A stretch of 64,000 bases of DNA from Candidatus Latescibacterota bacterium (GCA_965262145.1 OZ253501.1:3427435-3491434); one strand, 5' to 3'; positions 10,582-19,981 are shown, counted from the first letter of the stretch. Program-made: numbers and translations. The notes: a model not told the origin generated them from the letters alone.

Positions 10582-12261
10582 ATGGCAATAACCGAAGACA
10601 CACCAACAGATTTTATTCGAGAAATTGTTCGCGAAGACGTAAAAAATGGCAAGCACAAAAAAATCGTAACGCGCTTTCCCCCAGAGCCAAATGGCTATCT
10701 GCACATTGGTCATGCCAAGGCTTTTTGCCTGGGCTTTGGTCTCGCTGAGGAATTTGACGGACAGTGCAATCTCCGGTTTGACGACACCAACCCAGACCGG
10801 GAAGACACCGAATACGTCGAGTCTATCCAGGAAGATTTGAAGTGGATGGGCTTTGATTGGGGCGACGGATTGTACTTTGCCTCCGACTATTTTGATCAAC
10901 TCTACGATTATGCAGTGGAACTCATTCAGCAGGGAAAAGCCTATGTCTGCGACCTGAGTCCACAGGAGATACGCGATTACCGCGGAACAGTGACAGAGCC
11001 GGGAAAAAACAGCCCCTATCGAAATCGCACCGTGTCGGAAAATCTCGACCTATTTGCGCGAATGAAAAACGGAGAATTTCCCGATGGCGCCTGTACATTG
11101 CGTGCAAAAGCCGATATGGCATCGCCAAATATGAATATGCGCGATCCCGTGATGTATCGCATCAAACACACATCACACCATCGCACGGGTGACAAATGGT
11201 GTATTTATCCAATGTACGATTGGGCACACGGACAATCCGACGCCATTGAGCAAGTCACGCATTCGCTGTGTAGCATTGAATTTGCAGAACACCGTCCCCT
11301 TTACGATTGGTATATCCAGCAATTAGAGATTTTTCCCTCGCGGCAAATTGAATTTGCGCGATTGAATATCACCTATACATTGACCAGCAAGCGCATGCTG
11401 ACCCAACTGGTCGAGCGCGATCTCGTAAACGGATGGAACGATCCGCGCATGCCCACACTTTCGGGTATGCGACGGCGCGGGATACCGCCACAAGCCATTA
11501 AGAATTTTATCTGGCGCGTGGGAATGAACCGGCGGGATACAACGGCGGAAATAGATTTGTTTGAATTCTATATTCGCGAGCACCTGAACAAAGTCGCGCC
11601 CAGAGTAATGGGCGTGATCGACCCCTTGAAAGTGGTCATTGAAAACTATCCCGAAGGCGAAGAAGAGATGTTTGAAGCGATGATCAATCCCGAAGACCCC
11701 GATGCCGGCACGCGCCCCGTGCCCTTTTCGCGGGAACTGTACATCGAGCGGGAAGATTTTATGGAAGATCCCCCCCGCAAATTTTACCGTCTTGCACCTG
11801 GACGCGAGGTGCGGTTGCGCGCGGCGTGTTATATCACATGCCAAGAAGCAGTAAAAGATGACGACGGCAACATTATCGAATTGCGCTGTACCTGGGATCC
11901 AGAAAGTCGCGGCGGCACAACACCCGATAAACGCAGGGTGCGATCAACCCTGCACTGGGTATCGGCGAAACACGCATTGAAAGCCGAGGTCCGATTATTT
12001 GATCGGCTGTTCATGACGGAAATCCCAACCCGAACCAAAGATGGAGAGGATTTCACAGACAACTTAAATCCCGACTCACTGGAAGTGCGTCCCACCTGTT
12101 ATGTCGAGCCGAGCCTGGAAGGGGCAGAAGTTGGCCACGTAGTCCAATTCGAACGGCTGGGCTATTTCTGTGTCGATACGGATTCATCAGATGAAAAGCT
12201 CGTATTGAACCGAACAATCACCCTTCGCGACACATGGGCGAGGATGAGAGGGAAGAAGTGA
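10582..12261 (+). CDS. glnS: glutamine--tRNA ligase
   Basis: HIGH motif (YLHIGHAKA), KMSKS-equivalent LTSKR; 559 aa. Confidence 0.9.
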   Translation: MAITEDTPTDFIREIVREDVKNGKHKKIVTRFPPEPNGYLHIGHAKAFCLGFGLAEEFDGQCNLRFDDTNPDREDTEYVESIQEDLKWMGFDWGDGLYFASDYFDQLYDYAVELIQQGKAYVCDLSPQEIRDYRGTVTEPGKNSPYRNRTVSENLDLFARMKNGEFPDGACTLRAKADMASPNMNMRDPVMYRIKHTSHHRTGDKWCIYPMYDWAHGQSDAIEQVTHSLCSIEFAEHRPLYDWYIQQLEIFPSRQIEFARLNITYTLTSKRMLTQLVERDLVNGWNDPRMPTLSGMRRRGIPPQAIKNFIWRVGMNRRDTTAEIDLFEFYIREHLNKVAPRVMGVIDPLKVVIENYPEGEEEMFEAMINPEDPDAGTRPVPFSRELYIEREDFMEDPPRKFYRLAPGREVRLRAACYITCQEAVKDDDGNIIELRCTWDPESRGGTTPDKRRVRSTLHWVSAKHALKAEVRLFDRLFMTEIPTRTKDGEDFTDNLNPDSLEVRPTCYVEPSLEGAEVGHVVQFERLGYFCVDTDSSDEKLVLNRTITLRDTWARMRGKK

Positions 12262-12271
12262 GAAATAAGTA

Positions 12272-12352
12272 GGGGACGGTTCCCGTATAAAGGCACTTAC
12301 GGGACAGGCTCCTGTGCCCCCGTATAGAGTCACTACGGGGCAGGCTCCCGTG
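12272..12352 (+). repeat. GTAGGGG-type intergenic repeat (copy 2, with a partial tandem unit)
   Basis: GTAGGGGACGGTTCCCGTATAAAGGCACTTACGGGACAGGCTCCTGTGCCCCC, then ACTACGGGGCAGGCTCCCGTGCG. Matches 5766-5826 in inverted orientation. Confidence 0.55.
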
Positions 12353-12355
12353 CGT

Positions 12356-12384
12356 CATCGCGGCATGATGTTGAGCCGCGATCC
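12356..12384 (-). repeat. REP-like hairpin ATCGCGGC-N10-GCCGCGAT
   Basis: Same family as 38323-38352 and 38952-38982, in the opposite orientation. Confidence 0.5.
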
Positions 12385-12477
12385 AGGAGGTTTTAGCTGA
12401 CTGCTGACTGCTAATTTCCAAAAAGAAAGTTGCCTGTAATCGGCTAAAAATTTATATTTAGCCCTTCGACACAGTAT

Positions 12478-12551
12478 TGCCCCTTCGTCTAATGGCAAGA
12501 CACTGGATTTTGGTTCCAGGTATCGGGGTTCGAATCCCTGAGGGGCAACCA
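12478..12551 (+). tRNA. tRNA-Gln (anticodon UUG), CCA encoded
   Basis: Hand-folded: acceptor TGCCCCT/AGGGGCA, anticodon arm CTGGA-TTTTGGT-TCCAG, T arm CGGGG-TTCGAAT-CCCTG. Confidence 0.9.
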
Positions 12552-12600
12552 ACAATATCTTCTCGCTGAACTTGACCTATCTACTTCATTGTAAAAGAAA

Positions 12601-12635
12601 GCCCGTCAATCGGTGGTGATCGACGGGCTTTTGTT
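12601..12635 (+). terminator. rho-independent terminator after tRNA-Gln
   Basis: GCCCGTCAATCGGTGGTGATCGACGGGC followed by TTTTGTTTG. Confidence 0.65.
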
Positions 12636-12666
12636 TGTACTCGAGGTGAGCAGAGGGGTATAATTA

Positions 12667-12721
12667 CGATAGCAGTTTATCGGCGTCCTGGAGTTACCCC
12701 GCTTTGGTGGAGTATTTAGGG
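12667..12721 (+). repeat. left copy of the island-bounding inverted duplication
   Basis: CGATAGCAGTTTATC-GGCGTCCTG-GAGTTACCCCGCTTTGGTGGAGTATTTAGGG is the reverse complement of 28780-28888, apart from one roughly 45-nt gap and a few mismatches. Confidence 0.8.
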
Positions 12722-12810
12722 CTTGGGTTTCAAGCCTGTGATTGATGCAGCTTTTCATAAGCTATCGGCGCATAGTAGGCGTCTGTTAAACATCGACGGA
12801 CTTTTATTTT
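12690..12810 (+). repeat. island repeat copy R1 (diverged, full length)
   Basis: Left arm GGAGTTACCCCGCTTTGGTGG, then diverged CCTGTG...TTTTCATAAGCTATCGG...GTTAAACATCGACGG, which tracks the consensus. Confidence 0.55.
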
Positions 12811-13253
12811 CTCAATTTCCACCAGTGGGCAGACTTCACGCCAAACCCTTGTCTGCCAAGAAAAACCATCATAAAACGCCCCACAAACCGCTTGGGGAGC
12901 TGGTGACGCCACGCAATTTAAGCAACTCGCGGTGTTGGCACACTATGTTTTATATGGGGTCGTGGTATATTTCTAACTCATTCAAAGGCGTTTGAACATC
13001 AACTCCGTCTGCACACACGCCGCCCTGTCAAGTGCCCGACCGCGCCGCCTGGTTGATCACCACAACCACAACATTTTGTGGATGCAGTTGGCCGTGGCAA
13101 CACAACATCTTGACGCGCCGGAGACATAGCCAGCGACTGAAATCAACAGGTTATCTCATTCAGCTTTTTCTATTTTGATCTGGACAGGTTGTGGTGACTC
13201 AATTTTCACAGGTCTTTTATTTTTTGTCGTGTACTTTGTTTATATCAACTGGG

Positions 13254-14197
13254 TTATCCGTCTGTTGGTGCCTGCGGATAAAAGCCAGAGAGCAGGGTTA
13301 ATTCCATGCCGGTTTGTGGGTCTGTGATTGGGGTGGCATAACTTATCTTGGGCGAGCCAACGGGATCGCCTACCAATTCACCATCCCCATTCTCATCTAC
13401 CGCCGGATTATCAAAATAATACTCGACAAAACCACCACCTGCAGCGGCTGCAGCGATGAGTTCCTGGACAGCTTTGACACCATTGGGGTCTTCAAAGTTA
13501 ATCAGGTTTTGTCCCTCGAGAGCTGAATTGGCTGCGTGAAATAATATGACGCCATCGCTGTTTAAAACTGCGAGGTAGATGGATCCGTGTTTCCACTTTC
13601 CTCCTTCTTGTCTGAATTCTTCTTCGATGTCTTCGGAAAAGGGGAAGCTTTGCGCGTATTTTTTTGCGGTTTCGACAAATGCTTTCAGGGTTTTTTTGTC
13701 CACTACGTCACGAGCCGTGATCTGCTTTGCTGGCTCCAGAGAGTATGAACCCTTCACCTGTGCCTTTCCACCAATGGGCAAATAGAGTATGATCTTATAG
13801 CCTGCGTTAATTGGTATGCTCGACCAGGAACCGATCTCGCTATCATCTTGCAAGGCACGCGCTTGATAATAACCATTTCCCGATGCGATTTCCACCAGCG
13901 TTTGACCTTTTTCATCGGTTGTGCCCGACCATTGATAGTCGGGAGCCTGTCCTGCAATAGAGCGCGAAAATGCGACGGTTGCACCGCTTGCACCGCTTAT
14001 TGGTGTGCCATCACTATGCAATGTGACCATGACCACAGCCTGTGCTTTGTGATGGGCTACTGCCAATTTGCTCAAGGGACGTCCAATCTGTTCCTCTGTT
14101 CCGACTTCCGATTGCATCACACGCTCTCCGCCGCAGTTCCACATCAGCCCTGCGGCGAGAGCTATGACAACGATACTGCGAATGTTTCTCAACATAG
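13254..14197 (-). CDS. secreted lipoprotein with a Cache_2-like sensor domain
   Basis: Start at the ATG at 14197, preceded by GGGAGG. Lipoprotein signal MLRNIRSIVVIALAAGLMWNCGG. C-terminal YLAVLNSDGVILFHAAN...GGGFVEYYFDNP. Confidence 0.6.
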
Positions 14198-14369
14198 CAA
14201 CCTCCCTGGTAAAAAAGCGTTGTCTCACTGCGAATTTGTCGCAAAATAAAAATCATCACGGCGATAACCTCCAAAGCCAGACCAGATAAATCACCAATGG
14301 GTTAAACTCAATCATCTCTTTCTACTGGGTGAGGCATGGGGTTGAAACTTCTACAATATCTCGGTGTGA

Positions 14370-14435
14370 GAAAATATAACGCTGATGCCCAATGTCAATT
14401 AGCCTTTATACCGGTTCAACTATTGGGGCGCACCT
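14370..14435 (-). promoter_or_regulatory. conserved 66-nt promoter-bearing module P1
   Basis: Minus strand has TTGACA (14398-14393), a 16-nt spacer and TATTTT (14376-14371). Differs from 19915-19980 at 4 positions by my count. Confidence 0.5.
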
Positions 14436-14545
14436 CACCCGATTTAATGGATAGTGCATAAGTTCACCCCAGTCATCCTGTGCCATTAGTTTTTCATAGG
14501 TGATGAGTGATTTATGATATGATCCACCAAGACGGGTCAAGTTCA
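14433..14545 (+). repeat. island repeat copy R2
   Basis: Core TTCACCCCAGTCATCCTGTGCCATTAGTTTTTCATAGGTGATGAGTGATTTAT and right arm CACCAAGACGGGTCAAGTTC. Ends 8 nt from the stop codon at 14553-14555. Confidence 0.8.
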
Positions 14546-14552
14546 ACTGTGT

Positions 14553-16223
14553 CTATTCGACAACATCAATCTTACCAAAGTTATCCACAAAGAGCAAAAA
14601 ATCAGGAATCCCTATCACGCCATTCCCGTCCAAATCAAACCTCGCCTCAAATCCCTCTTGCTCTATACTCAATCCGAACACATCCACAAAGAGCAAAAAA
14701 TCGGAAATATCTACGACCCCATTCCCATCAAAATCGCCATACGTTGCAGTGACATCTGTAACGTTAATAGTTACTGTAATTTCATCACTCAAACGAAAAG
14801 GATCAGTAGCAGTAACAACAATATGGTATGAAGTCCTGCTTTCATAATCTAACTCTACACGCGCTCGCACCTCTCCAACTGAAGGGTCCGATACGTGAAA
14901 AGACGTTTCATCTTGTCCACTTAGTTCATAGGTAAGTATCTCGCCATCGTCATCAGTAGCCGTAACCGTAGCCACAACTGCTGAAATATTATTGTTTTCA
15001 GCGACACTCACACTAATACTATTAGATGCAAAAGAGGGTTTGACACTTGGAATAACCCTTAAAATCTTATCTGTTCCAGTTCCAAATGTTGGATCATCCT
15101 CGTTACGAGGCGAAATATGACCCGTTGCAATATACAAGCAACTATCATGACCAATCACAGGTGTACGAAGCCGACCGTATGTATCTTGCAATTGAGGAAT
15201 AATAAACTCACTTAACGAGCCTATTTCGGGGATTTTGTAAAGACGTAATGATTGTGCTTTTAATGTTGCTACCGCCAAGCGACCTTCCCAATCTTTCCAT
15301 GCACTACCTTTAAGAAAAACACAACCACTCGGAGCTATGGTACTATTTCCCGACGACCACTTAGCATCAATAGCACCGGGGAATTTAGTCTTATCCGTCA
15401 TAGACACATTTTTTTCTATATAAGTGGAACCATCGGAAGCAACAGGGTCCCATCCATAATTACCACCGCTTCGCAATAAATTGATTTCATCTTGATGATT
15501 TGGACCATGATCTGCTAACCACATTTCATTTGTGCCAGGTCTCAAAGCCAAACCTTGCGGATTGCGATGCCCAAATGTATAAACAAGAGGATAATCAGAA
15601 TAAGGATTTCCCGTATCACCTTCGCCTGTTTGTGGATTAACACGCAAAACTTTTCCGTTACGTGATGACGTGTCTTGTGGGGCATTTGCTCTAAATGCGT
15701 CACCAGTCGCAATCCACAAATTTCCATTTGGCCCGAAGCGTATGCGACCACCACCATGAGAGCCTTGATTTGCAACGCCTATATTATCTACAAGAGGGTC
15801 AACCACACGAGTAGCCTGCGTATAATCATTATTTATTGTCCACGCAATGACCTGAATTTTTGGTTCAATGTCCTCTGTATCATGACCCTGATAAGTATAA
15901 AAACGCCTATTCGTCTCGAAATTGGGATCAACAGCAATGGACATAAAACCAGTAATTCTTTCGTTAAATAAATCACTAAAATCAGCGTTAACAATCTTTA
16001 CTGTGCCATTTGTCAATCGAGCACTTAGCCTGCCTTGTCGCTCTGTAAATAGCATTGTCCCGTCAGGCGTAAAAGCCATATCCCACGGTGTCGATAATCC
16101 AGTAACTAACTCTTGAATCGTAAGATTAGGCGTATTACTGTCTTGCGCCTGTACATACGTTACAGAATTAAAAAAGAAAAAACATGCACAAAAAAAAGAT
16201 GATGTACTTGAAAATGAAAACAT
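14553..16223 (-). CDS. PQQ-dependent sugar (sorbosone/glucose) dehydrogenase fused to cadherin-like and dockerin-like repeats
   Basis: HGGGRIRFGPNGNLW and FGHRNPQGLA motifs. C-terminal DFDGNGVVDISDFLLFV and DLDGNGVIGIPDFLLFV repeats. N-terminal signal peptide. Confidence 0.75.
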   Translation of the reverse strand: MFSFSSTSSFFCACFFFFNSVTYVQAQDSNTPNLTIQELVTGLSTPWDMAFTPDGTMLFTERQGRLSARLTNGTVKIVNADFSDLFNERITGFMSIAVDPNFETNRRFYTYQGHDTEDIEPKIQVIAWTINNDYTQATRVVDPLVDNIGVANQGSHGGGRIRFGPNGNLWIATGDAFRANAPQDTSSRNGKVLRVNPQTGEGDTGNPYSDYPLVYTFGHRNPQGLALRPGTNEMWLADHGPNHQDEINLLRSGGNYGWDPVASDGSTYIEKNVSMTDKTKFPGAIDAKWSSGNSTIAPSGCVFLKGSAWKDWEGRLAVATLKAQSLRLYKIPEIGSLSEFIIPQLQDTYGRLRTPVIGHDSCLYIATGHISPRNEDDPTFGTGTDKILRVIPSVKPSFASNSISVSVAENNNISAVVATVTATDDDGEILTYELSGQDETSFHVSDPSVGEVRARVELDYESRTSYHIVVTATDPFRLSDEITVTINVTDVTATYGDFDGNGVVDISDFLLFVDVFGLSIEQEGFEARFDLDGNGVIGIPDFLLFVDNFGKIDVVE

Positions 16224-16238
16224 TAAAACTACTCCATA

Positions 16239-16282
16239 GAGTTACCCCGCTTGCGTAGTGGATTTACCCCATTTTAATAGAC
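16239..16282 (+). repeat. island repeat copy R3 (left arm and start of core only)
   Basis: GAGTTACCCCGCTTGCGTAGTGGATTTACCCCATTTT; lies 16 nt upstream of the ATG at 16223. Confidence 0.6.
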
Positions 16283-16287
16283 AGAAA

Positions 16288-16470
16288 CTATTTCAACAGA
16301 ATCATACTACGCGAAAAAAAATCTCCTACAATAAGACGATAAACATATACCCCACTTGCAACCTGACAATACAGATTATCCTTGCCGTCCCACACTACCG
16401 TATAATCCCTTCTGACAAAGTGGTTTCGGCACTATTGTATATAATGCAGACCTGCCAACGTCACGATGCT
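16288..16470 (-). pseudogene. remnant of a FlgD-Ig/T9SS-type C-terminal sorting domain
   Basis: Minus-strand translation YTVVWDGKDNLYCQVASGVYVYRLIVGDFFSRSMILLK*, with an internal stop just upstream and no start codon. Confidence 0.6.
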
Positions 16471-16650
16471 GCCGGTTAAACAATCGTCAAGACCCTGGCC
16501 ACAATGATTCTATACCGTGATGTCCTCCGGCCGCATCCACAACATTTGACAATCTCCCTTTCGATAGTCTCTTTTTGCCTAAATTTTTCATTAACGGCTT
16601 ACACAAATTGTCCACCGTATTGATTGTAAAAGACCATTGTTATGATGTTA

Positions 16651-18936
16651 TTATGCTCCATGCTTTACCGCTCCATGCTTTACCGATGACAAAAACTCAT
16701 CTAATGACCCCAAGGTCGTCGGTACCGCCGCTTCAATATTACTCATAGGAACACATATTCCAAAGCGTCGCTGCGCTCCGCTTCCCTTGTATGGAACCTC
16801 CTGAAGAATTTCTTTGCCGATCATCTTTGGCAAAATTATTTCCATGAATCGGTTAGCATCTCTACCAAACTTCTGTCGGAATACGCCCTCATTGATCTGC
16901 GTTGCTCTCATAAACACCCTGAGTGCACGCTCTGCAAGAAGGGTATTTCCATCTGCTTTAGGTACCGGTTGTCGTTCCGTCAAGCGGTTCTCAATACTCT
17001 CTACTTCAAATCCTGCCGAAATAAGCTCTTCGCGAATCCTTTCGGGATCATATATACTACGCAATTCGTCAGACTGAGTTATGGTTATACCTGAAACCTC
17101 AGTATCTTCAATCAACGTATCTTCCGCCTGAAAGCCCCTCGAGATTTCTAACCGATGTATCGTACACCGTCCAAATTGACATCTACTGATATGCGTGTCC
17201 TCGAGAGATGTCTCTTGAAAGTAACATCCTTCAAATATGACTTTATAAAATCTCCGGCCCTTAAGGGCATCACTAGCAAACGTAAATTCTTTAATGACAA
17301 CTTCCTGATCAACGGGAAGCAACTCAAGCAATCTTATAACCATGGATGCCGCATTCTCCACAACGTAAGATGAGGGAGCACTTGAATTGACCAACGACTG
17401 GAGAATCCGAAGGACTCTACCAAGATCGCCGGCATTCCTCTTTACCATAATTAGTGCCGCATCACATGTTTGCTGTGGCAAAGGACCCTTTTCTAGAAAC
17501 TCAACTATGTCCCTATCATTATTTGCTAGCAACGTAGTACCTAATGCCTCCCCGAGATAAAATTTACGAAAATCTTCGTGGTCAAACGTATACGACTCCT
17601 CATTCTCTGATGTAGAAACAATTAATGAATGTTGCCTGATACGATTGATAATTTGACGTACAATCACTGTTGGTTTGCCGATCTCACTAGCGAATAACTC
17701 TCCAATCAGATCTAGATAGTCTCCTTTAATTACTTCGCTTGAGAATATCCACATCTCCTTTGCCACTAGTGCCAGTAGCGCATGGTGTTCTTCAGTTGTC
17801 AGCAGAGATTGATGGGGTGTACCAGAACGATCTATCCACTTTTCGCGAGCTTCTCGCTCGACAAGCGTATTAACAAACTGAAAGAAGTAGTCTTCAGGAT
17901 TAGTCCCGAGATGGTCAATTAGAGTATCAACATTTCCACCTTGTGCCTCCTCCACTAGCCGTCTTACCAAGACCGCTCGGGTCAGCAAAGGATGATTTGG
18001 TCCTAACCGTGTACGAACTTTATTGTATATCGTTTCTCTATCTGAAAGGTTTCTCCTCTTCGCATAATTAAGAAAACGTTTTCGATCCCACCTATTGAGC
18101 TTAATATTAGCAAAAGAAACTGATCTATCTCGAATAGCATCAAACAGTCTAGCTTGGGTAGCGAAGTTCCTATACTCAAAGTATGCCTTTCTTGCGGCAA
18201 TTAGAGCTGTTCCGGATGAATCGAGAGTGTTCATCAGGTTCCCCAATGCTGATAATGCCTCTCCAGATGATCCCTCAACGAACATCTCTTCAAAGCCATC
18301 GAAAGCGGGAACCAGTACCCCCAGTTTAACTAGTTCCAAGAATGCGTCATAATAAAAAAACTGGAAGCGTAACCTGTTTACGAGTTCTGCAATTACAATA
18401 TCGTCGAATGTCAAGAAGGAACGTCCGCCAAGGCTGATTGGGATCAGTAACCAGTCCGTCTTCTGGTCCTTGTAGAGTTGTGCCTGATTTCGCGCTATCC
18501 AATTGATGAGTGTGGTCTTCCCCTCGCCCGCATCGGAGGTTAAATAGAGAACTGTCGACGTTCCTACTGCCCGGGAAGATAAAAGATCTGGTATTTGGTT
18601 AGAAACATCCTCAACTTTCTTTTCCCTGTCCTCTGGATTGGCATCAATTTGATCTAGTAACATTCCAGAAGGTGATATGAAATGTGGCTCGAAAGGAACA
18701 TTATCTAGTAATCTATCCGCGAGTTGTGGAATTCTAGCTACACGGTTTACCAACCAGGAATACGCACTATTTTTTTTTCCGTTTTCAGTAATAAGCAGAT
18801 TGCCCTTCTCTTGTTCGACAGACACTTCTATGATCTGGTCTCTAATCTGAACTACCAACTCACTACCAGCCATATCTAAATCTGATTCGCTATCAGCGAA
18901 GGCAATCAGAATTTTTTTTAGATCATTGATATTCAT
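16651..18936 (-). CDS. NACHT/STAND-type P-loop NTPase with a pentapeptide-repeat-like C-terminal region
   Basis: Walker A LTSDAGEGKTTL and Walker B LVPAFDGFEEMF. FEGCYFQETSLEDTHISRCQFGRCTIHRLEI repeat-like block. 761 aa. Confidence 0.7.
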   Translation of the reverse strand: MNINDLKKILIAFADSESDLDMAGSELVVQIRDQIIEVSVEQEKGNLLITENGKKNSAYSWLVNRVARIPQLADRLLDNVPFEPHFISPSGMLLDQIDANPEDREKKVEDVSNQIPDLLSSRAVGTSTVLYLTSDAGEGKTTLINWIARNQAQLYKDQKTDWLLIPISLGGRSFLTFDDIVIAELVNRLRFQFFYYDAFLELVKLGVLVPAFDGFEEMFVEGSSGEALSALGNLMNTLDSSGTALIAARKAYFEYRNFATQARLFDAIRDRSVSFANIKLNRWDRKRFLNYAKRRNLSDRETIYNKVRTRLGPNHPLLTRAVLVRRLVEEAQGGNVDTLIDHLGTNPEDYFFQFVNTLVEREAREKWIDRSGTPHQSLLTTEEHHALLALVAKEMWIFSSEVIKGDYLDLIGELFASEIGKPTVIVRQIINRIRQHSLIVSTSENEESYTFDHEDFRKFYLGEALGTTLLANNDRDIVEFLEKGPLPQQTCDAALIMVKRNAGDLGRVLRILQSLVNSSAPSSYVVENAASMVIRLLELLPVDQEVVIKEFTFASDALKGRRFYKVIFEGCYFQETSLEDTHISRCQFGRCTIHRLEISRGFQAEDTLIEDTEVSGITITQSDELRSIYDPERIREELISAGFEVESIENRLTERQPVPKADGNTLLAERALRVFMRATQINEGVFRQKFGRDANRFMEIILPKMIGKEILQEVPYKGSGAQRRFGICVPMSNIEAAVPTTLGSLDEFLSSVKHGAVKHGA

Positions 18937-18948
18937 AAAATCGCCGCC

Positions 18949-19683
18949 TTAAAAAGAATATTGAGAATAATTTTTTCTTACTGTTGAGGAGTAGTAAGTA
19001 GGTGTGCTACGCCCCTTTTGAGGATGAATGTGATGAACAAAAGCTCCTAGAAATATAGCTGTGCGAATTCCCGGCCAAAGGTCATCATCATTGGTGACCA
19101 CGACAATGTCCGATGTGCTCGAAGATGCAGCGTGAATCAAATCGGCCGTAAGCATCGTGTCAACTAGCTTCTGTTCATGTCGAGTAATTACATCAGCGAT
19201 TTTGACCCCACATGATGAATTAGGGCATCTGCCGGTTTGAAGGAGTGTGTGAGCACCAGCGAGCGGACACATAGCGTTTTGAGTACATGCTTGGAACGGA
19301 AATGCCCTAGGGCGAAGGTTGCTAGGTACACCCCTCACTCTATATGTGTTTAAAATATCCTGCGAAGGATCAATCAAAAGGCTCCGGGCCAACTCCACGG
19401 AAAGGAACACTACACGGCGCATATTGGCGGTACCTAAAGAGAGAGTACCCGGGAAGTAACGACTAATTTGGATGCTTAGATCTTGGGCACGTCGCGACAA
19501 TTGACTTGATCTATACCAGCCACCATAAAGACGAACTGCAATATATGTGCCGTGAGGTAACAAGCCTTTAGGGAGCTTTTTCAAAATCGACTTAACTACG
19601 TGATTCAATCCTTTCTGGGGGTCAATATGTGACACGTTGTCATAGTCAATCAGTACATTAATGAGTTTTCTAAGGGTTAACAC
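18949..19683 (-). CDS. NYN (PIN-like) domain nuclease with a Cys-rich insert
   Basis: GTG start preceded by GGAGAA. N-terminal VLIDYDNV, then QKLVDTMLTADL and DIVVVTNDDDLWPGI, typical of NYN/LabA-like folds. CPLAG...CPNSSC insert. Sits 12 nt upstream of the NACHT gene. Confidence 0.6.
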   Translation of the reverse strand: MLTLRKLINVLIDYDNVSHIDPQKGLNHVVKSILKKLPKGLLPHGTYIAVRLYGGWYRSSQLSRRAQDLSIQISRYFPGTLSLGTANMRRVVFLSVELARSLLIDPSQDILNTYRVRGVPSNLRPRAFPFQACTQNAMCPLAGAHTLLQTGRCPNSSCGVKIADVITRHEQKLVDTMLTADLIHAASSSTSDIVVVTNDDDLWPGIRTAIFLGAFVHHIHPQKGRSTPTYYSSTVRKNYSQYSF

Positions 19684-19844
19684 ATCAGTTCTCCGATAGT
19701 CAGACGATTTTTGCTTGGACGTTTAGCACAGGATTGGAAAGGCGTGCCTCATACTTTTGACTGTATCATTACCAGAGAAAATCTCGGCACCACTGTCGGG
19801 AAATTGACGTTCCCTTTGTCCGAGGTCAGAGCTTCTAAAACGAC

Positions 19845-19892
19845 CTAAGACTTGAGTTGCGCGGAGTGGGACTTCTTGGATTTCTGCGGCAC
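19845..19892 (-). CDS. possible 15-aa leader peptide (MPQKSKKSHSAQLKS)
   Basis: GTG start 5 nt after a strong AGGAGGAG. Lies between promoter module P2 and the NYN gene. Confidence 0.2.
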   Translation of the reverse strand: MPQKSKKSHSAQLKS

Positions 19893-19914
19893 GGTATCTC
19901 CTCCTGTTAGCTAA

Positions 19915-19980
19915 GAAAATACCACGCTGATGCCCAATGTCAATTAGCCTTTATAGCGGTTTAACTATTGGGGCGCACCT
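19915..19980 (-). promoter_or_regulatory. conserved 66-nt promoter-bearing module P2
   Basis: Minus strand has TTGACA (19943-19938), a 16-nt spacer and TATTTT (19921-19916). Near-identical to P1. Confidence 0.5.
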
Positions 19981-19981
19981 T

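Noticed and set aside
12355-12555. The 66-aa minus-strand ORF.
   Set aside because: It overlaps tRNA-Gln and a REP-like hairpin and is not coding.
12723-13130. ORF 12723-12995, ORF 12730-12912, and a 43-aa Cys-rich minus-strand ORF (MSPARQDVV...CCGCGDQ...).
   Set aside because: They are short, mutually overlapping frames without ribosome-binding sites, lying in what looks like the decayed tail of repeat R1 and cassette debris. No family signal was convincing.
16654-16683. A 15-bp tandem duplication (GCTCCATGCTTTACC x2) at the 3' end of the NACHT gene, giving the C-terminal VKHGAVKHGA.
   Set aside because: It is real in the sequence, but it is a trivial slippage duplication with no evident function.
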